NCBI GenBank assembly: GCA_964353645.1
Contig: CAYGWR010000001.1
Coordinates: 7,091-71,090, forward strand
Direction: 5' to 3'
Source: an uncultured Dehalococcoidia bacterium
GTDB lineage: Bacteria; Chloroflexota; Dehalococcoidia; SZUA-161
DNA: 64,000 nt
Shown here: piece after piece, positions 9,237 through 19,370 of the stretch
How the letters are laid out: the number at the start of each line of letters is the position of its first letter
Position numbering within the stretch: position 1 is the first letter of the stretch
Program-made: the position numbers and the translations under genes
The notes under the pieces: generated by a model
Databases searched by the model: none
What the model was told of the DNA's origin: nothing
What the model saw: only the letters and a program-made list of their open reading frames with translations

Positions 9237-11087
9237 TCAGGCTAATACCGTAGCAGGTTGAAGACGTCCCAACTGTCTTATGTTTTTCTCGGCAGTAGCA
9301 GGCTTGTCTGATCCGAACCACCCCTGTGCTCTGTGGAAGAGGCCGCGCTTGGCTGCAACAGTCTCTGTCTCGGATTGAGCATGGGGATATGATGCCTGTG
9401 GAGCTTGGGGCCTGCCGAACATGCTCCACTCACCAGGCCTATAGAACAGGCCCCAGTTAGCTGCTACCTTCTCGCTCCGAGTCTGGGGCTCGGCCGTGGT
9501 TGCTTCAGTAGCTAGTGGTCTATCGAATTGTGCCCACCCTCTTGGTTGATGGAAGAGCCCCTGGCTGGTTGCTACGGGATCACTCTGGCTTTCCGAGGGC
9601 GATGCTTCAAAGCCCTGGGGCTTGCTGAACATGGGCCATTCCCGCTGTCTGTAGAACAACCCTCGACTGCCTGTAATAGGCTCGGTATCATCTTGCACGG
9701 CAACTGCTTCCGGTGCCATCGGCCTGCCGAAGCGTATCCACTCGTTTGGCCGGCGTAGTAGAGCTTGTCTGTGCATTACAGTCGGTGCTACTGCTGTCAC
9801 CATAGCAGGCTCGTTTAAGCAAGAGCGCATTGTTCCCCGCACTTCCTTTAGTTTAGGGAACATGACCATTGTCAAAGCAAGGCGAAGTACACCGGAGAGC
9901 ACGAATAGTGCCAGTATGTTATGACCCAGGACAGGTCTCACAACGCTGAGAAGATAAACACCAGCCAGTGCACCCAGCGCCATAAATAGCGTGGATAGAG
10001 CTTTGTGATAAGCTATATACTTCAGCCGTTTCCCTGGGGGTGCAGCTTCGTAGATGAAATTGCCGCTGCACAGGTCGAATCCTGCCCAGCATGCTCCGGA
10101 GAACAACTGAACTAATACAAGATATGCGATATTAGGCGACGCTAGCCAAAGAAGCGGAACAAAAGGAATCCCTAGGCAAACTATTCTCATGACTTTGAGG
10201 TTGCCTGCCTTGTCAGAGTATCTGCCCCAGAATGTCACAATAAGAACTTTTGCTACGAATTCGGTAGAGAAAATCATGGCATAGAACATGTAGCTGAAAT
10301 GCAAATCGCGCAACATGTATATCGCAAATAATGGGGAGGCTAAATACACAGTGAACTGGAATAAGGCGACAAATAGTATGAATTTACCCAGGTTTCTTCT
10401 TCTCGTCTCGCCCAAAAAATCGAAGAAACCGAAGTCTGTGTCTTTCTCAACTGCCATGTTGGTATTATGTATTCTGGTATAGATGAGAAAGGAAACAATC
10501 GTAACTACGAAAGAGATAAGGAAGATGACTGCAAAGCCGATAAGTATCTGGCCGTTGAAAAGTTGCAGCACATAGCTCATGACATAGAAGGAGACTAGAT
10601 AAACAGCGCCTGATATAGCAGACCTCAGGGAGAAGTACCTGCCTCTGGTAGCAGCAGGGACCAAGTCGGCTAGCCAGCTACTGCGAGCAGGTTGATACAA
10701 CATCCCTGGTATCAGGTTAATTATCCAGCAGGGTATGAGCCAGAGCGGATTCATAGGTTTAAGGAATAACAGAATTATGATGAGTGGGAGCCAGCTGATA
10801 GCATCCAGGAAAGCTAAGATGAGAATGGCTTTCTTTCTAGAGCCTAGTCTTTGGATGACAGAGGGAACTTTTGTGTATAACAACGCTGCCACAAAGTTGT
10901 TCAAGGAGCTTAGCAGCGCCACCATACTATCTCCGGCACCGGCAGCTATCATTGAGGCTGGCGCGTAGGCATTACATGACTCTTCGATAGCCCCAGCTCC
11001 GGCCTCACCGTGGAAATATTTAAGGCTCTTTTTCTTTTCTAATTCTTCATTGTTCTGTTCATTCTGCTTATTCCGTTGCTTGCTCAT
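9237..11087 (-). CDS. MFS-type transporter with ~200-aa repetitive cytoplasmic C-terminal tail
   Basis: About 12 hydrophobic helices span residues ~60-420. The tail carries at least four copies of the motif GLF[YH]R..(E/G)W.(M/Q)F(S/G/D)(K/R)P. Confidence 0.7.
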   Translation of the reverse strand: MSKQRNKQNEQNNEELEKKKSLKYFHGEAGAGAIEESCNAYAPASMIAAGAGDSMVALLSSLNNFVAALLYTKVPSVIQRLGSRKKAILILAFLDAISWLPLIIILLFLKPMNPLWLIPCWIINLIPGMLYQPARSSWLADLVPAATRGRYFSLRSAISGAVYLVSFYVMSYVLQLFNGQILIGFAVIFLISFVVTIVSFLIYTRIHNTNMAVEKDTDFGFFDFLGETRRRNLGKFILFVALFQFTVYLASPLFAIYMLRDLHFSYMFYAMIFSTEFVAKVLIVTFWGRYSDKAGNLKVMRIVCLGIPFVPLLWLASPNIAYLVLVQLFSGACWAGFDLCSGNFIYEAAPPGKRLKYIAYHKALSTLFMALGALAGVYLLSVVRPVLGHNILALFVLSGVLRLALTMVMFPKLKEVRGTMRSCLNEPAMVTAVAPTVMHRQALLRRPNEWIRFGRPMAPEAVAVQDDTEPITGSRGLFYRQREWPMFSKPQGFEASPSESQSDPVATSQGLFHQPRGWAQFDRPLATEATTAEPQTRSEKVAANWGLFYRPGEWSMFGRPQAPQASYPHAQSETETVAAKRGLFHRAQGWFGSDKPATAEKNIRQLGRLQPATVLA

Positions 11088-11104
11088 GGTGGTCTGTCCT
11101 GATT

Positions 11105-12601
11105 CTAGCTTTTCACTACTTCAACATTGCGGCCAGGGCTGCGGGGGCGAATGGCAAACTGGTTCAATAGTGGCCCCGCCCGGCTGAACAGTCCCACCAT
11201 CTCGTCTGCCAGCGCTTCGGCGTCAGTCCCACATTCTTTGAGCAGTTGTTGTTTAGCCCAAACGCTGAACAAGTACCAAGCGCAACGCTTGTCATCTCTT
11301 TCTGATGATAGGAAGTCGGTGTGCAACACGTTGATCTTGACAGCATTGCCCCCATTATCACTCCATGTCCTTAATTGTGACCTGCCCTCTGGAGGCATAC
11401 AAAGGTCGGCTTGCAGGAAAGACAGTTGGTTGCTCCTTGGGGGACGGCTGCTAACGGGAACCCTCGTGCCAGGCCTTACGGGAGGCAAATCAATCTTCTG
11501 TATAAGATCGGGAGTTATCTGGTCACTGGTGACGATCTTCCTTCTGGGTATCTCATCCGTTTCTTTATAACGCAGGAAGTAGCCGATGAATCTATCCACC
11601 CTGCTCATAATCTCAACCAGCCGGTTCTGGCGATATTCTTGAGTAACCTGTCTGATTTTCTCTGTTATCTCGGGCTCTAGCCTATGCAGAGCCTCAGCCA
11701 GTGCCTTGTAGACTTCGTCCTGAACTACAGCAGCTTTGTCTGCAGTACCCCGGAACTTGTCGCAACGCACAGAGCCCTCAAGCCTTTGTCCGAGCCAGGG
11801 TTCCTTTTTGAATTCCTCGACATCGGTGAGGGAGCAGAACCGAATGCCGGCCCTGCCACAGAGGTCAATATTTGCCCCTTCGGCCTCGAAAGGAAGTGTA
11901 TATAGCTGTATGGAAGCATTACCGAGAGAACTAAGGCTGATATTAGTGCTCAAAGTAGGTACGCCATTGAAAATTCGGGGCTCAACAGCATCATAGCCGT
12001 GACCATCACTAATTTGTATAGTGTAGATGTTTCGTCTTAAGTCATTAGCAAACTCGCGGCTCAAGTACTGTTTTAGCCGCCCTTTGGTAAGCTGGGGGGC
12101 GATCTCAGGCAAGATACCTATAAGATGAGCCCTGGTTCCAGGCTTGCTCAGACGGTGCTGTGGACATTGTTCGATTATCTGAGCTCTGCCCTCTCTCAGC
12201 CACTCTCTCCTCAGAACGAGGCAGCTCGGCGTGTGGCCCCCGTTGAGTGAAGACAGATGTAGCTCGTCTGCTATGAGTGCGAAGGCTAGAATGCCCACAC
12301 CCTTCTCACCGCGAAGTACATGCTGTAATTTCTCAGAGTTGCCGATGTTTTGAAGTATATGGCTCATCTTCTCAGAGCCGATGCCGATGCCGTTGTCTTC
12401 GACTACTATCTGTGGTGGCCTGTTTTGCTGGTCTGAGGAATGGTCGAGGCGAACGCGGATACAGCCATCGCTTTTGCCTGCCTGTTCTACGGCGTCAGCC
12501 CCGTTCTCCACGAACTGCTTCAATGCTTCCATTGGACTGTGGCAAAGGTATGCTAAAACCTCGAACACACGGGTCCCTGTCTGAAGTTTTATCTCAGCCA
12601 T
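11105..12601 (-). CDS. GHKL (Bergerat-fold, HATPase_c-like) ATPase with uncharacterised 380-aa C-terminal region
   Basis: An N box (FVENGADA), G1 box (VEDNGIGIG) and G2 box (GEKGVGILAF) are all present within the first ~110 aa. There are no TM segments and no receiver or HisKA domain. Confidence 0.65.
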   Translation of the reverse strand: MAEIKLQTGTRVFEVLAYLCHSPMEALKQFVENGADAVEQAGKSDGCIRVRLDHSSDQQNRPPQIVVEDNGIGIGSEKMSHILQNIGNSEKLQHVLRGEKGVGILAFALIADELHLSSLNGGHTPSCLVLRREWLREGRAQIIEQCPQHRLSKPGTRAHLIGILPEIAPQLTKGRLKQYLSREFANDLRRNIYTIQISDGHGYDAVEPRIFNGVPTLSTNISLSSLGNASIQLYTLPFEAEGANIDLCGRAGIRFCSLTDVEEFKKEPWLGQRLEGSVRCDKFRGTADKAAVVQDEVYKALAEALHRLEPEITEKIRQVTQEYRQNRLVEIMSRVDRFIGYFLRYKETDEIPRRKIVTSDQITPDLIQKIDLPPVRPGTRVPVSSRPPRSNQLSFLQADLCMPPEGRSQLRTWSDNGGNAVKINVLHTDFLSSERDDKRCAWYLFSVWAKQQLLKECGTDAEALADEMVGLFSRAGPLLNQFAIRPRSPGRNVEVVKS

Positions 12602-12676
12602 AGCTCCCTCCTTCTTACAGCTTTTGGTTCAAAACACGTGATTAATTATAGGAAGTGCTCTGTTTGCATTAGAGCA

Positions 12677-12904
12677 CTAGACTGCTATTCTTTGGCCAGC
12701 CGGCTTAATGTCTGTAACGTAACCATCTTGTAACATACACACTACAGGCTGACCCATATTCTCGAAAACCCATTGTAGGGAGAGATCGAGTTCTTTCCGA
12801 GGGTAGACTTTAATTTCGCCAGTGCGGAGCTGAATGCTGACCTTGTTCTCTTCAAGGCCGGCTAAACGTCCTGAAATTATGCTTTGCATTTCTCTATCCT
12901 CCAA
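12677..12904 (-). CDS. hypothetical small protein
   Basis: A 75-aa ORF between the GHKL ATPase and ftsZ on the same strand. I recognised no motif. Confidence 0.3.
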   Translation of the reverse strand: MEDREMQSIISGRLAGLEENKVSIQLRTGEIKVYPRKELDLSLQWVFENMGQPVVCMLQDGYVTDIKPAGQRIAV

Positions 12905-12951
12905 GGGGGAGGGCCGAGAAAAGCGACCCTCCCCCCATCAAGCTAGTTTTG

Positions 12952-14118
12952 TTAAGGCCTGGGCGATGTCTTGAACTTGTTAGGAGCCGCTGCTCGTGAG
13001 TCACTGTTTTGAGCGCGAGATAACATCTGCTGCCTGCGATTCTGAATGGGATTGCGCAGGAAGGCTGGTATATCCATCTGGTCCTCATCCAGCAAGTACT
13101 TACGTAGCTCCTTCATTTCCTTTTCCATGGCTTCCTTGTTTAGCTTTCCTGGTTTGGAGTTGAAGCCAGTCGCGATTAGCGTTATCCGGACTTCGTTGGA
13201 CATCTCAGGAGCGTAGTTCATGCCGAAGATGATGTTGGCACTTGGATCAGCCGCCTTGCGGATGATCTCTGCAGACTCTTGTATCTCAGCTAAGGTTAGG
13301 TCCATACCAGCTGTAACAGTGAACAGTATGGCGGTCGCACCTTCTACCGAGGAATCGAGCAGAGGACTGGTGATACAAGCCTTTGCAGCTTCCACAGCCC
13401 TATTCTGACCACTGGCGGTCCCTATGGATAGCCAGGCTTGCCCCATACCCTTCATCACCGCTTTCACATCGGCAAAGTCCAGGTTGATTTCACCAGGAGT
13501 GGTAATGACCGAGGATATAGCCGAGACGCCCTGGTACAGGATATCATCTGCCAGCTTGAAAGCGCTATCTGCGGCTGTCCTGCGGTCGCAGAGATTTAGT
13601 ATGCGGTCGTTGGGAATAGTAATGAGGGTGTCACAAATCGGCACCAACCTCTCGATACCTTGCTCGGCCTGGTCACGCCGATGCTGTCCTTCGAATGTAA
13701 ACGGGCGGGTGACTATGGCGATTGTGAGAGCCCCAGCCTCCCTGGCAATGTCTGCCATAACCGGGGCAGCACCCGTGCCTGTGCCCCCACCCATCCCAGC
13801 CGCAATGAAGACCATATCAGCGTCGCGCACAGCTTTGCGCAGTTCTTCTCGACTCTCCTCGGCAGCCATGGTGCCGAGCTTTGGGTCACCACCTGCTCCC
13901 ATGCCTTTGGTTACCTTGGGGCCGATTTGGATTGAGGTGATTTTATCCTCGGACGTGGTGGTGTATGCCAAAGCCACGGCGTCGGTATTTACCGCATAGA
14001 GCTCTACTCCGGTTAATTTTCCTCTCGCCATGCGGCGCACAGCATTCGAACCGCCACCGCCCATGCCAAAGACTTTGATCTTAGCCGGAGGAGTTGATAT
14101 CATATTACTTTCTGCCAT
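12952..14118 (-). CDS. ftsZ: cell division GTPase FtsZ
   Basis: It has the tubulin signature GGGTGTGAAPV and a typical N-terminal GTPase domain. It lies downstream of ftsA. Confidence 0.95.
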   Translation of the reverse strand: MAESNMISTPPAKIKVFGMGGGGSNAVRRMARGKLTGVELYAVNTDAVALAYTTTSEDKITSIQIGPKVTKGMGAGGDPKLGTMAAEESREELRKAVRDADMVFIAAGMGGGTGTGAAPVMADIAREAGALTIAIVTRPFTFEGQHRRDQAEQGIERLVPICDTLITIPNDRILNLCDRRTAADSAFKLADDILYQGVSAISSVITTPGEINLDFADVKAVMKGMGQAWLSIGTASGQNRAVEAAKACITSPLLDSSVEGATAILFTVTAGMDLTLAEIQESAEIIRKAADPSANIIFGMNYAPEMSNEVRITLIATGFNSKPGKLNKEAMEKEMKELRKYLLDEDQMDIPAFLRNPIQNRRQQMLSRAQNSDSRAAAPNKFKTSPRP

Positions 14119-14180
14119 CTTTATTACCTCCTTTAATCTCTATCTTTTTAATTTTTATTATTAGTCGCTAGTTCAAATGT

Positions 14181-15446
14181 TTATGTCCTGCCCCAGGGAA
14201 CAAGCTGCCTGACAGACTTGACTCTATCGAAAACCTTGTCTCGTAATCCTGCCTCACTTCTTATCCAGCTCTGTTCCTGCCGCCAACTTTTTCCACTACA
14301 GAGCAAGATGCCGACACTGCTGGCGTAGGCGGCATTGTGAAGCTGGTCAGCCAGGCCGGACATAGCAGGGGGGATTCCTACGCGGGTGGGAAGCCCCGTG
14401 ATCTCTTGGGCAAGAGTCCTTATCCCACCCAGATTAGCGGTGCCTCCGGTCAATACCAGACCCGCAGGAAATTCGGATACGTAGGCAAGGTAGCTCTGAG
14501 ATTGCACCCGCTGCACTAATTGGGAAACGATCAGTTTTATGATCTCATCTACACGTGCCTTGACGATATCGCTGATGTCCTTCTTGTATATCTTCCCTAC
14601 ACCATCGAAGTTGACCTGTATCGCTGGCTCTTCTTTTGCGTCGGGGTCATCCTTTTCCGCCAGATTGCAGTGTTCCTTTTTGAGCTGTTCCGCCATCTCA
14701 ACAGGTATTCCCAAACCAACAGATAGGTCTCTTGTGATCTGATTGCCGCCTACGGGAAGGACAGCAGTGAGCAGTAGGTTGCCATTCTTGTAGGCAGAGA
14801 TGCCTGTAGTGCCAGCACCGATGTCTGCTAGCACGACGCCGGCATCGGTCTCGTCAGGATGGAGCACCGCTTGAGCACTTGCCAAACACTGAAGGACTAG
14901 TCCCTCAATAGTCAGTCCTGCTTTGTGAGCACATTTGGTTATGTTTTCGGCAGAACTCTGTGGTATGGTAACAATGTGCGTGTCCAGATCCATCCTGAAG
15001 GCGTGCATGCCTTTGGGGTCCTGCACGCCAATCTGAGTATCAAGGGTGTACTGTGTCGGGATCACGTGCAGTAGCCTTCTCTCCTCGGGAACGTTGATTT
15101 CGCGTGCAACTTTTAATGCTCTTTCAACATCCCCCTGGCGGACGGTGCGGGCATTTCTGCCTACACTTACTGAGGCACGATTGCCCTGGGAACTAATATT
15201 GCTTGCGCTAATCCCCAGATAGACAGAGGTTATGCCCTCTCCGCTGGTCTGCTCGGCCCTTCTTACAGATTGCCGAATCGATTCGCTGGCTTGATCGATA
15301 TCAGCCACCAAACCTTTGTGTATACCGGCAGAGGGGGTTACGCCAATGCCTACTATCTGGATAGAACCTTCGGCATCGACATTTGCCAGCAGGCTGCAAA
15401 TTTTGGATGAGCCTACATCCACAGCTGCCACCATTTTTTGCTTCAT
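14181..15446 (-). CDS. ftsA: cell division protein FtsA (actin-like ATPase)
   Basis: A 421-aa protein with an actin/Hsp70-like fold (MVAAVDVGSSKI...). It sits immediately upstream of ftsZ. Confidence 0.9.
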   Translation of the reverse strand: MKQKMVAAVDVGSSKICSLLANVDAEGSIQIVGIGVTPSAGIHKGLVADIDQASESIRQSVRRAEQTSGEGITSVYLGISASNISSQGNRASVSVGRNARTVRQGDVERALKVAREINVPEERRLLHVIPTQYTLDTQIGVQDPKGMHAFRMDLDTHIVTIPQSSAENITKCAHKAGLTIEGLVLQCLASAQAVLHPDETDAGVVLADIGAGTTGISAYKNGNLLLTAVLPVGGNQITRDLSVGLGIPVEMAEQLKKEHCNLAEKDDPDAKEEPAIQVNFDGVGKIYKKDISDIVKARVDEIIKLIVSQLVQRVQSQSYLAYVSEFPAGLVLTGGTANLGGIRTLAQEITGLPTRVGIPPAMSGLADQLHNAAYASSVGILLCSGKSWRQEQSWIRSEAGLRDKVFDRVKSVRQLVPWGRT

Positions 15447-16069
15447 TTTTTTGGTTGTCCCCCTTCCTTTCCTTAGTCTATGTCTATTAATACTTCTCGC
15501 TCTTTAACTTTTTTGCCGGGAATATGTCCTTCTTTTTACTAATTTTCTTCACATAACTTTCAGCAGCGTCAAATCTATAACCTGACAGACAGGGAGCATT
15601 CCGCTTGCCCTCTGGGCCTGGCAGACGTGCCCTTCGCCTCCTTTCCAGCTTTGAAAATTGCTCGATGACAAGTATTCTGATCAGCTTGGATTAATGAGGA
15701 ATAGCAATATCCTAATTGCCCTAGGGGAGGGGTCAAGTTTTTTTCCAGCGGACAAAGAAATGGCAAAAGGACGATAAGCTATTATCCTTTTGGCAAAAAA
15801 TATTTCCCCTGGAAAACCCCATGTTGGACAGGGAATTGCAGCACTGTTCTTTGCCCATGGATAATGGGCCTGAAAAAACGTTATCAGGAGAGTGGTGCGA
15901 TACTATTAGCAGGATAACCAGAACCTTCTGGTTCTTCGGAATAGCGCTTGACTTTCTGAGAGATGGCATTACAGTTGGGAGAGCGCCAAGCTTTCAAACT
16001 GGGAAGAAATCTTTGCAGTCAGTCGGGCAGAGGAAGATATTATTCAGGAGGAAATAGGTTGTCCAACTA

Positions 16070-16837
16070 TTGCTTTTTTTATCCGGACATGATATGCTCC
16101 AGCCCGACATAGCTTCCGTCGAAGGGGGACATGTGCAGGGCAAACAGAGAAGGTTGACCGAGGAGAGACTGCCCCCTTATTTATCTTACCGGGAGTGGCA
16201 GAAGTTGCTCAGTGAGTTGTCCGTACATAATCCGCCCTCGCGCTTTGATTCCAGCTACTTTGATGCCCTGAAGATGACCAAGAGCTGCCGGTCTATGTTG
16301 AAGGGCACGCTTCTTTTCTTGGACTTGATGTCTGCCGACGGCATTCCTTCACCCAGATTACATCAGTTGGTCAAGTCGGACGGGGAATCGCGACGAGCAG
16401 CCCTAGCGGAAATGGTGCGGAATGCCTATGGGCCCTTGTTCACAGAGGTAGATGTAGCGCGAACCACCCAGGCGCAGATGAAGGAATATTTTGATAGCCA
16501 GGGGGCCAGTGGCGACATCGGGCGTAAATGCTTGAGCTTCTTCTTCGCTATTTCTGCCGATGCTAACATACCGCTTTCTCCACACCTCAGGAAATCGGCT
16601 TCTAGGGGGAGAGGGAGGAAGAGTGTCATCGGTGAGGTGCTCAAGCCCAGGGTTAGCAAGTCGGCTGACTCAAGTGGTAATGTGGAGTGGGAAAGGATGT
16701 TGCTCGAAAAATTCCCCAATTTCAACCCGGAATGGTCAGACGAGCTTAAAAAGAAATGGTTTGATGCCTTCAAGTTTTTGAAGAAAAGCCTTGAGATATC
16801 CGCTCCCCGAAGGAGAGCCTCCACCTCCAGGCGCTGA
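16070..16837 (+). CDS. hypothetical protein, basic C-terminus
   Basis: An ORF transcribed divergently from ftsA. No motif was recognised and the true start is uncertain. Confidence 0.35.
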   Translation: MLFLSGHDMLQPDIASVEGGHVQGKQRRLTEERLPPYLSYREWQKLLSELSVHNPPSRFDSSYFDALKMTKSCRSMLKGTLLFLDLMSADGIPSPRLHQLVKSDGESRRAALAEMVRNAYGPLFTEVDVARTTQAQMKEYFDSQGASGDIGRKCLSFFFAISADANIPLSPHLRKSASRGRGRKSVIGEVLKPRVSKSADSSGNVEWERMLLEKFPNFNPEWSDELKKKWFDAFKFLKKSLEISAPRRRASTSRR

Positions 16838-16858
16838 GCCTAACGAACTTCCTTGATA

Positions 16859-17869
16859 CTATTCTGTAGTGGCCCCTGGAGTCCTCACCAGCAAGAGTGG
16901 GGTATTTCCAGCTCGCAGGACCCTTTCTGCTACGCTCCCCAGGGCCCATCGGCTGACGCCGGACCGTCCATGTGTCGTCATGGCAACCAAACTGGCATTG
17001 GTCTGATCGGCGAAATTTATGATCGCTTCGGCAGCGGTGCCGAACATAATCTCTGGCTTTGCGACTACCTCTCTCTGCTTTAGCCTGGCACTAACCCCCT
17101 CAAGGTAATCTCTGGCAAATTTCTTCATCGATTCTATTTGTTGCTCCGCGTAGATACCGTACTCAGGACCACCGGCGGCGTAAATATGGTAGTCTGGTGC
17201 TATCACCTGGAGGAGGATGATCTCAACTTGTAGCTTGGAGGCGAGTTCCTCGATATAAGGGATTACCGCTTCACTCTCCTTCGAGCCATCAAGTGTAACA
17301 AGTATCTTGCTTAGTATACTCCTCTCACCAAGCATATCTGGTCGGGCACCTTTAGCCCTTATGATCGCCATTGGCTGCTTTGTAGCTCTCAGCACCTTTT
17401 CAGCTACACTGCCCATAGCCCATCGCTTAATGCCGGAACGGCCGTGAGTTGACATAACAATCAGGCCGATATCTTCTTTGCCAGCATAGTCCACAATCTC
17501 CTCAGCAGGGTCGCCGACCAGGATTACTGAATCCACTTTGATTGTTCTTCCCTCTCGTTTATCGAGATACCTTTCGGCGTTTTGCTTTGTGGCCTCAACC
17601 ATTTGCTGGAGGTAGAACTGATGCATGTGGTGATACCGGTCATCGGCTGATTCACTAATATATATAAGGATTATCTGAGAACCTAGAACTCCGGCCAGCT
17701 TCTGGGCGTATGGTAGAGCTATTTGAGCTAACTCAGAGCCATCCAGCGGAACAAGTATTCTCTCATACAAGGTGTTCAACCTCCGTGCAAAACCGCTATT
17801 TGTCCAGACATCTAAGATTGTAGCTTGACTCGTGGGAAAGAGCAATAGATATCGCGGGCGGTTCAGCAA
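16859..17869 (-). CDS. universal stress protein, tandem UspA domains
   Basis: Two ~150-aa Usp-like halves, each ending in the ATP-binding-type motif (GS..E.V.R.....LLV / AMGSVAEKVLR, G.HGRSG). Confidence 0.8.
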   Translation of the reverse strand: MLNRPRYLLLFPTSQATILDVWTNSGFARRLNTLYERILVPLDGSELAQIALPYAQKLAGVLGSQIILIYISESADDRYHHMHQFYLQQMVEATKQNAERYLDKREGRTIKVDSVILVGDPAEEIVDYAGKEDIGLIVMSTHGRSGIKRWAMGSVAEKVLRATKQPMAIIRAKGARPDMLGERSILSKILVTLDGSKESEAVIPYIEELASKLQVEIILLQVIAPDYHIYAAGGPEYGIYAEQQIESMKKFARDYLEGVSARLKQREVVAKPEIMFGTAAEAIINFADQTNASLVAMTTHGRSGVSRWALGSVAERVLRAGNTPLLLVRTPGATTE

Positions 17870-18030
17870 TGGGTGTACCAGGATGCGGAGTCACTTTTGA
17901 AAGAGTATGGGGGTAGTGGTTTGAAAAGCATTTCCAATTACTCTTCAAGTTGCTCTTGACTTTATTTGCTGTCTTGCTTATGCTGAGAGAGGGAATATGG
18001 TTTGCTAAGGGCGCCAAATCTAGATTTGTC

Positions 18031-18059
18031 TTGACACATCATAGACACTGGTTTACAAT
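18031..18059 (+). promoter_or_regulatory. sigma70-like promoter (TTGACA - 17 nt - TACAAT) upstream of the Cys-rich mini-protein pair
   Basis: TTGACA lies at 18031-18036 and TACAAT at 18054-18059, separated by a 17-nt spacer. An AGGAGGTG RBS follows about 30 nt later. Confidence 0.45.
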
Positions 18060-18100
18060 CACCTGCAAACAGTAACGAATATTAAGGAGGTGGATGAATA

Positions 18101-18388
18101 ATGGCTCCTGAAAAGTTGCCCAGGGTAGTTTGCTACGATTGCGTCAATCGCCATCATCTAGTGGCTGCATGTCCTAAGTGTGATACCGGGGTTTTGGTGA
18201 CAACTTGCCCGGAGGACTTCAACGGCATCACGGAAGCCGTCTGTAACGACTGCAATGCGACCGTCGGCTTCTATGTGGTTATGAAAGAGCGTAGGGCTTG
18301 GCTTCTGGCAGAGCCTGTAGAAGTCGTGAGCTCTAAGCCGAAAAAACCAAGCCGCAAGACTCCAGAGCAAGAAGCCTCCTCAAAATGA
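18101..18388 (+). CDS. small Cys-rich (zinc-ribbon-like) protein, paralog 1
   Basis: Cys pattern CxxC-x13-CxxC...C...CxxC. It has a strong RBS and a paralog 120 nt downstream. Confidence 0.55.
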   Translation: MAPEKLPRVVCYDCVNRHHLVAACPKCDTGVLVTTCPEDFNGITEAVCNDCNATVGFYVVMKERRAWLLAEPVEVVSSKPKKPSRKTPEQEASSK

Positions 18389-18511
18389 GGCGCTGCTGAC
18401 ATGCCCTGCCACGGCCATATACATATAGGTAGTATTGCAGTACTACAGTGATCGGCCTGAATTTTATAATATTCCTGCAAGCAAGAATGAACATGAGGAG
18501 GTAGAGGAATA

Positions 18512-18757
18512 ATGAGCCCTGAGAAATTGCCGAAGGTAGTTTGCTACGATTGTGTTAACCGTCATCACCTGATAGCCAGGTGTCCCATGTGTGCTACTGG
18601 AACCATCATGACAACATGCACGCAGGACTTTAACGGCGTCACGGAGACTAATTGCACGGAGTGCAATGAAGCCATAGCCCTCTATGTGCTTATGAAAGAG
18701 CGCAGGGCTTGGATACTGGCACAGTCTATAGAGATGGTAACCAAGCGAGTTACTTAA
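18512..18757 (+). CDS. small Cys-rich (zinc-ribbon-like) protein, paralog 2
   Basis: About 60% identical to the 18101..18388 product. It has the same Cys spacing and an AGGAGGTAGAGG RBS. Confidence 0.55.
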   Translation: MSPEKLPKVVCYDCVNRHHLIARCPMCATGTIMTTCTQDFNGVTETNCTECNEAIALYVLMKERRAWILAQSIEMVTKRVT

Positions 18758-19061
18758 GAGCGGTCAGCAATTATCCAGTTTTATTAACTAGTGGAGTTAG
18801 CAACTCACAGGAGTGGCTAGAGACTAGGAATGGTCTCTTCCGCTCCTGTATAGCTTTAGTGACTTAGTCCTCATGGGCTGTGTTCTTAGCTGCATGGCAA
18901 GAGCCGCTACTATTTACCGGTCCCACTATAGACCAATCGGCATATGCTTAGAGTCTCAGCATTCGATGTGCAATAGTGTAGCTCCTAACTCCTATTCTAA
19001 TTTACAGGGCTTATGAGCTATGTTATAATAACTAGCCTGTTGGATAAAATGGGGTGATTAT

Positions 19062-19328
19062 ATGATAGAGAGAGAAAAGAAACTTGCTACCGTCCGCCAA
19101 TATCAGCTTCATGAAAAGGACAGTGGCTCAGCTGAGGTTCAGGTTGCCCTGCTCACCGAACGGATAAATCAGATGACCGAACACTTAAAGGTTCATGAGC
19201 ATGACCATCACTCCCGGAGAGGTCTCTTGAAGCTGGTGGGTCAGCGGCGCCGTCTCTTGACATACCTCAGTAATAATGATGTGAAGCGCTATCGGCAGTT
19301 GATAGCAAGGCTTGGTCTCCGCAAGTAG
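19062..19328 (+). CDS. rpsO: 30S ribosomal protein S15
   Basis: An 88-aa protein containing [39 protein letters not shown], which is typical of S15. It lies upstream of pnp as in most bacteria. Confidence 0.95.
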   Translation: MIEREKKLATVRQYQLHEKDSGSAEVQVALLTERINQMTEHLKVHEHDHHSRRGLLKLVGQRRRLLTYLSNNDVKRYRQLIARLGLRK

Positions 19329-19370
19329 GAGAATTTTCTAGTGGGGCAATAGTAGGGAGGTTAAATTCTG

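Noticed and set aside
11127-12603. ORFs 11127..11570(+), 11411..11680(+), 11736..11996(+) and 12277..12603(+)
   Set aside because: All are antisense to the GHKL ATPase gene and have no RBS or motifs.
13424-13999. 191-aa ORF on + strand
   Set aside because: It is fully antisense to ftsZ, whose reading is unambiguous. High GC gives long spurious antisense frames.
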